64,000 bases of DNA from an uncultured Burkholderiales bacterium (GTDB lineage Bacteria; Actinomycetota; Acidimicrobiia; IMCC26256; JAGPDB01), in assembly GCA_964391505.1 (NCBI GenBank), contig CAYMMG010000005.1:19676-83675 (forward strand). The letters run 5' to 3'. This document shows positions 1 through 8,031 of this stretch, piece after piece. Made by a program: the position numbers and the translations under genes. How positions within the stretch are numbered: the stretch's first letter is position 1; each line of letters opens with the position of its first letter. Below the pieces are notes generated by a model that saw only the letters and a program-made list of their open reading frames with translations, was not told the origin of the DNA and ran no database searches.

Positions 1-876
1 GCACCAGCGCGCGACAAAAAATCAGGTTTAGACACACAAATGAAGTCAGGGTGTTTGCCGCTAAATGGTGACTCGGCATTGTCGTATGTGCGTTCTCGCT
101 ATTACGAACGCTATATCGACGGTAAATGGCAGGTTGACCCAACATCAGACTTTGGTCGTATAGAACGTCAGCAGGCTTTTATGCAGCGTGTTGCGAGTCT
201 GGCTGTGAGTAAGTCGCTTGCCGACCCAATCAAAGGGCGCAAAGTTGCTGACGCAGTGTTAAAGAAGTTGGTTGTGGATCAAGATCTAAAAAAAGATGAT
301 ATTTTCAAACTGATGAATGCTTTCAATGGCGTCGATCCGAATGATCCCGCTCATGTGCAATTTCAAACACTTCCGACCAAACCAATTTCTAATGGGCTAG
401 GTGTGAAAACAGCTGAGGCCGAACCCCTTCTTGCCGAGTTACGAAACTTTTCTACGCCGAGTTCTAGTGAATCCACCACCACGCTTCCTCGACCAGAAAC
501 CGTTAAGGTGCGTGTTCTCAACTCGTCTGGCGTGAAGGGTGCGGCAGCAACATCAATGGCAGCTCTTCAAGAAATTGGTTTTGCTCCTGCTGGCACAGGG
601 AACGGGTCTTCTCGAACATCAACAGAAGTTCACTATTCTGGTAACGATAAAGCCAAAGCGATGCTTGTCGCAAAATACGTCGGCGGAAAGTTGGTTCAAG
701 ACAGCGCTATCGCGGATGCCGATGTCGTTGTGATGTTGGGTACGGATTTCACGTCCGTGAACACAAAGGGTAAGGCGTCGATTGTGCCCGTAACCACAAC
801 GAAAGCAACTCAAACCACAAAACCCACATCAAAAACGGCAGTTAATGCTACAACCGAAACGGAATGTCCTGCTTAG
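1..876 (+). CDS. LytR-CpsA-Psr (LCP) family protein, C-terminal part with LytR_C-like domain; 5' end lies outside the window
   Basis: The frame is open from base 1 (APARDKKSGLDTQ precedes the Met at 40). LNGDSALSYVRSRY matches the LCP core motif. A Ser/Thr-rich linker is followed by VKVRVLNSSGVKGAA...VVMLGTDF (LytR_C pattern). Confidence 0.75.
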   Translation, partial: APARDKKSGLDTQMKSGCLPLNGDSALSYVRSRYYERYIDGKWQVDPTSDFGRIERQQAFMQRVASLAVSKSLADPIKGRKVADAVLKKLVVDQDLKKDDIFKLMNAFNGVDPNDPAHVQFQTLPTKPISNGLGVKTAEAEPLLAELRNFSTPSSSESTTTLPRPETVKVRVLNSSGVKGAAATSMAALQEIGFAPAGTGNGSSRTSTEVHYSGNDKAKAMLVAKYVGGKLVQDSAIADADVVVMLGTDFTSVNTKGKASIVPVTTTKATQTTKPTSKTAVNATTETECPA

Positions 877-959
877 TTTATGTCATCCCTCGTTTCACTC
901 AGGATGACGTACTCTTCTATACTGGTTCATTCCCTATAAATGAATGCTAAGGAGCATAA

Positions 960-1958
960 ATGAATCTTCTTGTGACTGGTGCTGCCGGATTTATCGGGAG
1001 TAATTTCACGCGCTATTGGGTAAATGAACATCCAGATGACTCGGTAGTGGCACTTGACCTGTTGACCTATGCCGGCAACGAGCCTTCGTTGGACGATATT
1101 CGAAGCAAGATCACTTTTGTGCAGGGCGACATCGGTGATGGTCCTAAAATGGAAGCGCTTCTTGAAGAGCACTCCATCGATATTGTGGTGAACTTTGCAG
1201 CTGAATCTCATAACTCACTTGCTATCGTGAATCCAACGTTATTTTTTCAAACAAATGTTATGGGTACGCAAGCTTTGCTCGAAGCTTGTCGACGTGTTGG
1301 TGTTCAACGCTTTCATCATGTCTCTACGTGCGAAGTGTATGGTGATCTCGATTTGAATGATCCGGGTTCGTTTAACGAGTCTTCTCCTTATCGTCCACAA
1401 ACTCCATATAATGCTTCGAAGGCTGGTGGCGATCATGCAGTACGTGCTTACCACGAAACCTATGGACTGCCCATCACGATTACGAACTGTTCAAATAATT
1501 TTGGGGCATACCAATTCCCTGAAAAAGTTATTCCACTTTTTACAACTCGGGCGATCAATGATATTGAGCTTCCGCTTTATAAAACGACAGCGAATAAACG
1601 CGAATGGCTGCATGTCGATGACCACTGTCGCGCCATCGATCTTGTGCTAGCTAATGGTCAAGTCGGTGATACCTATAATGTGGGTAGTGGAGTAGAGAAA
1701 AGCATTCTTGAAATTGCCGATGTCATTCTTGATGAATTAGATAAGCCAGAATCACTCAAAACAATCGTTCCTGATCGTCCTAGTCACGATCGTCGATATC
1801 TCCTTGACTCATCTAAATTGCGCAATAAGCTTGGATGGGAACCCCAGGTCGACTTTGATGCCGGTGTGCGAGATACGATCCAGTGGTATGTCAATAATCG
1901 CCAATGGTGGGAACCTCTCGTCGATCGTGCTCCTATTGTTGAAGAATCCTGGGCTTAA
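960..1958 (+). CDS. rmlB: dTDP-glucose 4,6-dehydratase
   Basis: 332 aa with a TGAAGFIGSNF Rossmann motif and YNASK Tyr-x3-Lys. AAGGAG RBS lies just upstream of the ATG. It is followed by rmlD. Confidence 0.9.
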   Translation: MNLLVTGAAGFIGSNFTRYWVNEHPDDSVVALDLLTYAGNEPSLDDIRSKITFVQGDIGDGPKMEALLEEHSIDIVVNFAAESHNSLAIVNPTLFFQTNVMGTQALLEACRRVGVQRFHHVSTCEVYGDLDLNDPGSFNESSPYRPQTPYNASKAGGDHAVRAYHETYGLPITITNCSNNFGAYQFPEKVIPLFTTRAINDIELPLYKTTANKREWLHVDDHCRAIDLVLANGQVGDTYNVGSGVEKSILEIADVILDELDKPESLKTIVPDRPSHDRRYLLDSSKLRNKLGWEPQVDFDAGVRDTIQWYVNNRQWWEPLVDRAPIVEESWA

Positions 1959-1994
1959 TCGAGTGAACTTTTCCTGGAGCAAGGCCGTATCCTC

Positions 1995-2843
1995 GTGAAG
2001 GTTTTGATTACAGGCGCAAGTGGCCAAGTTGGATCAGCAGCGGTAGAGCAGTTCACTTCCGATAAACGCAACGATGTTGTCGCCCTGTCTCATAGCGAGC
2101 TTAATATCGCTTCGCGAAGCGACGTCATGGGTGCGCTTTCTCAGCTAGCGCCTGATCTTGTAATTAATACAGCAGCAATGACAAATGTCGATGCTTGCGA
2201 AGATCTCACTTCAGATGCATTCGCTATTAATGCATTGGCAGTTCGTAATCTTGTTCAAGGTTGCCGCAATATAGATGCTCACCTCATCCATCTCTCAACA
2301 GATTTTGTCTTCGATGGAAATGCAACACGGCCCTATAGCGAATTTGATGTAACAAACCCCCTATCTGTTTATGGGACAAGCAAGCTTGGGGGAGACAATG
2401 AAGCTTTGAGTTATTCGCGGTCCACCGTTCTTCGCGTTGCGTGGGTATATGGAAATGTTGAAGGAGATTTTTTCTCTTGGGTTCTCAACGGCGTCAAGGA
2501 TGGATCGATTACTTCACTGATAGATGACCAGATTTCCACGCCTACCTATAGTTTTGATATTGCTCGCGTGATGCAATATTGTGCAACTCATCGGCTAACA
2601 GGCCTCATTCATGTTGCAAATGAGGGGGAAACCACTCGACTTGAAATGGGCCGAGAAATCTGCGATCGACTCTCAGTTCCTCACGATCTTTCGGGTATTC
2701 CTGCAGAATCTCTCAAACGTCCTGCTCGCCGTCCTGCTTATTCGGCTTTATCGACGGACGTGTTGACAAGAACGACGGGAATCATCATGCGTCCATGGAG
2801 AGATTCGCTCGATGAACACATTAAACGTATGCAGAATCACTAG
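1995..2843 (+). CDS. rmlD: dTDP-4-dehydrorhamnose reductase
   Basis: 282 aa, GTG start, with a TGASGQVG Rossmann motif and YGTSK catalytic motif. It lies directly downstream of rmlB. Confidence 0.85.
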   Translation: MKVLITGASGQVGSAAVEQFTSDKRNDVVALSHSELNIASRSDVMGALSQLAPDLVINTAAMTNVDACEDLTSDAFAINALAVRNLVQGCRNIDAHLIHLSTDFVFDGNATRPYSEFDVTNPLSVYGTSKLGGDNEALSYSRSTVLRVAWVYGNVEGDFFSWVLNGVKDGSITSLIDDQISTPTYSFDIARVMQYCATHRLTGLIHVANEGETTRLEMGREICDRLSVPHDLSGIPAESLKRPARRPAYSALSTDVLTRTTGIIMRPWRDSLDEHIKRMQNH

Positions 2844-2868
2844 AACGAAAACATCGTAGAAGATAGTT

Positions 2869-3747
2869 ATGGAAAAATCGCCCTTGCATGAAAGTCTCGC
2901 ACGATATTCAGTTGTCCTTGTAGAATATTTTTCTGGAGAACATCTTGTTCGTTGTATTCATTCACTGCGTATCCAAACGCATGCTCCAGAAAAGATCGTT
3001 GTTGTTCTCAATGGTATAGGGGACAAAGAACGAACAACGCTTTATGCCGATTTTCCTGAAGTCCAGGTTATTGATCCCCATTCGAACCTCGGTTATGCGC
3101 GCGCCGCGAATTTAGGAATCGCGAATACTTCTTCACCAATAGTGCTTACACTTAATCCGGATACCGAGCTGGATGCTTATGCGGCGCAAGTTGCATGCGA
3201 GTACATGAGTGATCATGAAGGTGTGGGAACAGTGGGTCCAAAAATTCAAGAACCAAATGGCGCCATTTATCCATCTGCTCGCGAGGAACCTTCCCTTGTT
3301 GATGCGATTGGTCACGCATTTCTGGGCACCTTTTTCCCTTCCAATCGTTTTACAAAGAAATATAAAAATATCGGTATAAGTACTGACGATGCTCGTGATG
3401 TCGGCTGGTTAAGTGGAGCAGCGCTTTTTATCCGACGTGATGCACTTGATGACGTTGGAGGTTGGGATGAAGACTATTTCATGTATTGCGAAGATATTGA
3501 TCTCGGCCGGAAGATGAGACTTAATAGATGGAGAAATGTATATGTGCCGAACTCACGCGTCGTACATGTGGGAGGGGTATCGACATCTCGAACACCAATC
3601 GTGCTTTTACTTCATCACCATCGGAGCTTGTACACATATGCGTCCAAAAAATTCGACAATAATCCCTTAATGAAGGCCCTGACTCTTATATTTATTGCGA
3701 TAAGGCTACCAATAGCCCTTGTGGCCCATTTTCTTAGAATAAACTAG
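2869..3747 (+). CDS. family 2 glycosyltransferase (WbbL-like rhamnosyltransferase candidate)
   Basis: 292 aa with GT-A signatures (VVVLNG, NLGYARAANLG, YCEDIDL DxD-like). It sits in the rhamnose gene context. Confidence 0.8.
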   Translation: MEKSPLHESLARYSVVLVEYFSGEHLVRCIHSLRIQTHAPEKIVVVLNGIGDKERTTLYADFPEVQVIDPHSNLGYARAANLGIANTSSPIVLTLNPDTELDAYAAQVACEYMSDHEGVGTVGPKIQEPNGAIYPSAREEPSLVDAIGHAFLGTFFPSNRFTKKYKNIGISTDDARDVGWLSGAALFIRRDALDDVGGWDEDYFMYCEDIDLGRKMRLNRWRNVYVPNSRVVHVGGVSTSRTPIVLLLHHHRSLYTYASKKFDNNPLMKALTLIFIAIRLPIALVAHFLRIN

Positions 3748-3755
3748 AACCGAAT

Positions 3756-4838
3756 ATGAAGGCAATCATTCTCGTCGGTGGCGAGGGCACACGGATGCGT
3801 CCACTGACGCTTCACACCCCTAAACCTTTGCTTCCCATCGCTAACATTCCGTTTATCGAACGGCAGATCAAGTGGCTTGCACGTCATGGAATTGATGATG
3901 TTATTCTCTCTTTAGGGTACTTACCCGATGCATTTGAAGAATATTTTCACGAGAACCCGATCGAGGGTGTTCGTATTGACTATGCCGTTGAATCAAAACC
4001 TCTCGGAACTGCAGGCGCTGTTAAGTATGCTGCCAAGGAGTGCACGGAGGATTTTGTCGTGTGTAACGGCGATGTGTTAACTGATCTCAACATATCCGAA
4101 CTCGTAACGTTTCATGATTCGCGTTCTTCAATGGCAACACTTGCGTTAACGTATGTAGATGACCCCTCAGCTTTTGGCGTCGTGCCCACTCGAGAAGATG
4201 GTGAAGTTATCGCCTTTGTCGAAAAACCGCCACGTGAAAGCGCGCCTAGTCATTGGATTAACGCAGGTATATATGTATTATCCGCAGATTTCTTAGAGCT
4301 CATTCCTGACGATATGAATGTGTCAATTGAGCGTGAAACATTTCCTTTGGTGCTTCGACAAGGATCAATGTATGCATTGGAATCGGATGCCTACTGGCTC
4401 GATATTGGTACACCGCAACAATATCTTCTGGCGCATAGCGATTATCTGAAAGATCCCATGCGTTTTGGTCGCGACGATAAGTTCCACGAAGTTATTCCCG
4501 GCCTTTTGTCGGATGGAGAAGTTTCATTAGGGGCCAACGTTCGGATTGAATCTCTCTCGATTGCAGGGGACGGTTCAGTTATTGGCGACGACTGTGTCCT
4601 TTCTGCGGCAACGCTGGGTCAGCGTTGTGTCCTTGAAAATAATGTGATTTTGAGTGATTCCGTCTTGATGGCAGGCGTTAAGGTCGGACGTCAATCTCAG
4701 CTTACGTCGAGCATTGTTGGTGAAGCGAGCGATATCGGAAGCGACGTCGAATTTTATGACCATACATTGATAGGCGCGCATGAAAAAATAGCTCCTTCAA
4801 CGCAGCTGCGAGGCGAACGTATAGGTTCTGTTGTATAG
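3756..4838 (+). CDS. sugar-1-phosphate nucleotidylyltransferase (GDP-mannose pyrophosphorylase-like)
   Basis: 360 aa with the N-terminal GGEGTRMRPLT nucleotidyltransferase motif and C-terminal hexapeptide-repeat-like region. Size and position match the actinobacterial mannose-1-P guanylyltransferase. Confidence 0.8.
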   Translation: MKAIILVGGEGTRMRPLTLHTPKPLLPIANIPFIERQIKWLARHGIDDVILSLGYLPDAFEEYFHENPIEGVRIDYAVESKPLGTAGAVKYAAKECTEDFVVCNGDVLTDLNISELVTFHDSRSSMATLALTYVDDPSAFGVVPTREDGEVIAFVEKPPRESAPSHWINAGIYVLSADFLELIPDDMNVSIERETFPLVLRQGSMYALESDAYWLDIGTPQQYLLAHSDYLKDPMRFGRDDKFHEVIPGLLSDGEVSLGANVRIESLSIAGDGSVIGDDCVLSAATLGQRCVLENNVILSDSVLMAGVKVGRQSQLTSSIVGEASDIGSDVEFYDHTLIGAHEKIAPSTQLRGERIGSVV

Positions 4839-4850
4839 AATATCGGCCTT

Positions 4851-5792
4851 ATGCGCATATTAGTAACAGGCGGAGCTGGATTTATTGGCTCGCACCTCGT
4901 AGATCGTCTTCTTGCTGAAGGTCATGATGTCGATGTGATCGATGATCTTTCTACAGGATCCTTGGTGAACCTAACTGACGCGCGAAGAAATAACCAGCGT
5001 AAGTTTTCGTTTCATCGACTCGATATCCGCTCATCTGCTGTTTCAGATACGATTGCTAAATCTCGTCCCGATGTTGTGATGCATCTCGGTGCACAAACTG
5101 ATGTTGCCGCAAGCATTGCAAAACCTGCAATTGATGCAGATATCAATATTGGTGGATCAATCAACGTCCTCGAAGGGTGTGCTCGAGCAAAGGTGGGGAA
5201 AGTCATTTTTGCGTGCACTGCAGGAATTTACGGCGAACCCCAGTCGTTACCTCTTCGCGAAGGCCATCCACTAGTGCCGCTTTCTCCTTACACGGTTTCA
5301 AAAAAAGCAGTCCTTGATTATCTCTACGCGTATCGAGCCACACATGGAGTGGAATATGTTGCTCTTGTTTTAGGCAATGTATACGGTCCGCGTCAAAATG
5401 CCCAGCAAGAAGGTGGAGCAGTCGCTCGTTTTGCGACGCAGATGATAAGTCGAGAACGTCCAACTATTTTTGGTGATGGGACACAGACGAGAGATTTTAT
5501 TTTTGTGGATGATGTTGTTGATGCATTTGTGAGAAGTATCGATCGAGGATCAGGTCTTGCTATGAACATTGGCACAGGCATTTCCACATCTGTACAAAAA
5601 CTCTTTGACCTTATTGCAACGAAAACTTCCTATAAAGATCCCGCTCGCTATGCACCTCGACGCGAAGGAGAAATAACTGATTCTGTGCTCGATTACAAAC
5701 GCGCAGAACTCCATTTGGCTTTTTCTCCGTTTACATCCATCGAAGATGGTATTGGTCGGACTATCGAATGGTACCGAGCACAAGCGCGCTAG
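4851..5792 (+). CDS. NAD-dependent epimerase/dehydratase (UDP-glucose 4-epimerase-like)
   Basis: 313 aa with a TGGAGFIGSH motif and YTVSK Tyr-x3-Lys. Confidence 0.8.
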   Translation: MRILVTGGAGFIGSHLVDRLLAEGHDVDVIDDLSTGSLVNLTDARRNNQRKFSFHRLDIRSSAVSDTIAKSRPDVVMHLGAQTDVAASIAKPAIDADINIGGSINVLEGCARAKVGKVIFACTAGIYGEPQSLPLREGHPLVPLSPYTVSKKAVLDYLYAYRATHGVEYVALVLGNVYGPRQNAQQEGGAVARFATQMISRERPTIFGDGTQTRDFIFVDDVVDAFVRSIDRGSGLAMNIGTGISTSVQKLFDLIATKTSYKDPARYAPRREGEITDSVLDYKRAELHLAFSPFTSIEDGIGRTIEWYRAQAR

Positions 5793-5896
5793 TTGCAGGG
5801 CCCGGCCTTGCAAACAACACTTGGGAAAAATCGATTAATACTTTCTTGTTTCGTTTTGCTACCCATTGGTTGCAAGGCCGGGCCCTGCAACTAGCG
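5787..5896. repeat. 27-bp perfect inverted repeat with 56-bp spacer between convergent genes
   Basis: CGCTAGTTGCAGGGCCCGGCCTTGCAA (5787-5813) pairs with TTGCAAGGCCGGGCCCTGCAACTAGCG (5870-5896). Each arm contains the CGC-TAG end of one of the convergent genes. Confidence 0.9.
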
Positions 5897-6586
5897 AAAA
5901 AGATCGTCTTGAGGATTGCGCACAAGATCAGATCCTTGACCATCGCCACGATATGAAGCAGGCAATCCGCGTATCAGCGCTGCACATGTGCCGGAATCTT
6001 TATGCATGACTAGTTCAGCAGCACCCGCAATTTCATCTGCGACGGCAATCATTGTGGCTGTCAGCTCGTGCCCATAGAAATCTTTCTTGCCTCGAAGATC
6101 GGCGAAAGAGTTTAATCCTGAGTACCCTAACGCGACGTTGGTTTCTCCCATACGGAAAGGTCGACCAAATGTATCGCTCACGATGACAGCAATATCAAAG
6201 CCGGATTTGGCTTGTATCGAGTAGCGCAAACCCTGTGCTGCGCTGTCGACGTCTTTTGGAAGAATCACAACAGTGTTTTCTTCAGTATTGGATTCGTCAA
6301 CTCCTGCATTCGCGCAGATAAATCCGTGATGAGTTTCTGAAATGACAAGAGGTCCTCGTCGTCGAATAATTTTCCTCGATTCTCGTTCAACAATATCTTG
6401 TTTTGTATTTTCGGGTGTGAGAGTTTCAATCCGTCCTCGCGCCTTAGCCACTACTTTGGATGCAACCACCAGGCAATCTGAAGGAAGAAGAGGAAAGTGG
6501 TCGACGAGCTGTCCTGTAATCATTTCCGAGAGATCGTCACCTGGGTGAACATTCCCAACACCAGTAAGCGGAATGATGGAAATCAC
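5891..6586 (-). CDS. cofE: coenzyme F420-0:L-glutamate ligase (CofE domain only)
   Basis: 231 aa with CofE-type motifs: VVASKVVAKARGRI, ANAGVDESN, SDTFGRPFRMGETNVALG. The start overlaps the cofD stop (ATGA-type coupling). Confidence 0.75.
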   Translation of the reverse strand: MISIIPLTGVGNVHPGDDLSEMITGQLVDHFPLLPSDCLVVASKVVAKARGRIETLTPENTKQDIVERESRKIIRRRGPLVISETHHGFICANAGVDESNTEENTVVILPKDVDSAAQGLRYSIQAKSGFDIAVIVSDTFGRPFRMGETNVALGYSGLNSFADLRGKKDFYGHELTATMIAVADEIAGAAELVMHKDSGTCAALIRGLPASYRGDGQGSDLVRNPQDDLFR

Positions 6587-7527
6587 GCACTACGACCTGA
6601 CTGTATTGCACATTGTGCAAGGTTCGTTTGTGCTTGTATCGAGTTCATGATTGTATTTGCTGTGGTGGTAATGATCTCAAGTTTAGAGATAGCTGCGCAA
6701 TGCTGCTCGTCTTGTACGTCGATAATTAATTGAGAAATATACTCTGAATATAACTCGGCGATACCAAGAGATGAAACTTCTCTGTTTTGGTCATCCATAA
6801 TTTTTGCTAGCGGACCTTTGACGGCGTATCCACCAATAATGGGTGAAATTGCTACCACGTTTTGTTTGTTTTTCCTTACAAATGAATCGACTTCATCGAT
6901 CGCAAAGAGAGGAAAAATGGAGAGGTACGGATTAGACGGAGCAATAATAATTCTGTCAGCATTTTCTAGTGCTACTCGAGCATCGGCATGACAGTGTGTA
7001 GGAGCACCTTCGTATGAAATGTCCTTGATGGAAGGCTGACATTTTTCGCGTACAAAATACTCCTGCATTCGTAGAGTCTCGTTTTCCTTTGTGGTAATTG
7101 TAGTGGTCACTTTTTCATCACACATGGGAACGATATCTATATTGGTAATTCCCAAACGAATAGCCAAATCGCGTGTCACGTCGCGCAGAGAAGAGCCATT
7201 TTGTAAGGCGGTGGTGCGCAAGGAATTGAGTGCGAGGTCTTGATCTCCAAGGTTGAACCAGGCGTTTACTCCAAGGGTCCGTAGTGTTTCAACGAAAGTG
7301 AAGGTTTCGTTAGCACGTCCCCAGCCACGCGTTTCATCATTGATGCCGGCTAGATGGTAAAGAATCGAATCGATATCAGGACAGACAAACTGCCCATAGA
7401 AATCGTCATCATCGCCCGTATTGACTATTGCAGTGACATTGAGACCGTCTCCGCGTTCAATAAGTGCATTGATTCCTAAGAGAAATCGAGCTGCACCGAC
7501 ACCACCGCAGAGAACGACGACGTTCAT
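6583..7527 (-). CDS. cofD: 2-phospho-L-lactate (or EPPG) transferase
   Basis: 314 aa with an N-terminal VVVLCGGVGAARFL motif typical of CofD/FbiA. It lies immediately upstream of cofE. Confidence 0.8.
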   Translation of the reverse strand: MNVVVLCGGVGAARFLLGINALIERGDGLNVTAIVNTGDDDDFYGQFVCPDIDSILYHLAGINDETRGWGRANETFTFVETLRTLGVNAWFNLGDQDLALNSLRTTALQNGSSLRDVTRDLAIRLGITNIDIVPMCDEKVTTTITTKENETLRMQEYFVREKCQPSIKDISYEGAPTHCHADARVALENADRIIIAPSNPYLSIFPLFAIDEVDSFVRKNKQNVVAISPIIGGYAVKGPLAKIMDDQNREVSSLGIAELYSEYISQLIIDVQDEQHCAAISKLEIITTTANTIMNSIQAQTNLAQCAIQSGRSA

Positions 7528-7543
7528 ATTGGATAATGATTAT

Positions 7544-7966
7544 TTATGAAACGCGACGTTTTGCTTCGTCAGCGATTTTTTTAGTAGAGGTAATCGCTTG
7601 TTCTGAACAAACCTTCACTTGACGCGCCACACTTGATGCAACTGGTCCGAGATTTGTTGAGACTCGCTCGGCAACATTGTTTGCAGCAGGGATAAAGTGT
7701 GAAGAAACAGTACCGTAAACATTTTCTGCAACAGGTGAGATTCGCCCGGACAGATTGGCGAGAGGAGCGAGCGATTGACCTACTCGATCGCCTGCGTCTT
7801 TAATGCGCGGACTTACGTCGCGGATGACAGGTTCAAAGCGAGCGGATACCTGATCAATGTGAGCGCGTACGGAATCTCGTTTCTTTGAAAGATGTTGAAC
7901 TCCCAGTGCCGCTGCGCCCAAAGCAACATAGGCACCGTCACGAAGATTTGTTTTGATATCAGTCAT
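7544..7966 (-). CDS. hypothetical protein with short P-x-A-x-N type repeats
   Basis: 140-aa ORF that fills the gap upstream of cofD on the same strand. No recognisable domain. Confidence 0.5.
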   Translation of the reverse strand: MTDIKTNLRDGAYVALGAAALGVQHLSKKRDSVRAHIDQVSARFEPVIRDVSPRIKDAGDRVGQSLAPLANLSGRISPVAENVYGTVSSHFIPAANNVAERVSTNLGPVASSVARQVKVCSEQAITSTKKIADEAKRRVS

Positions 7967-8031
7967 ATCTCCAGTCTACACAACGCTGCTTGCAGATGCA
8001 AGCAGATCGTTTGGAGTAGAATGTTCACCTT

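Noticed and set aside
893-923. Sigma-70-like promoter TTTCAC-19 nt-TATACT upstream of rmlB.
   Set aside because: The spacer is too long at 19 nt and the -35 is weak. It is not supportable without transcript data.
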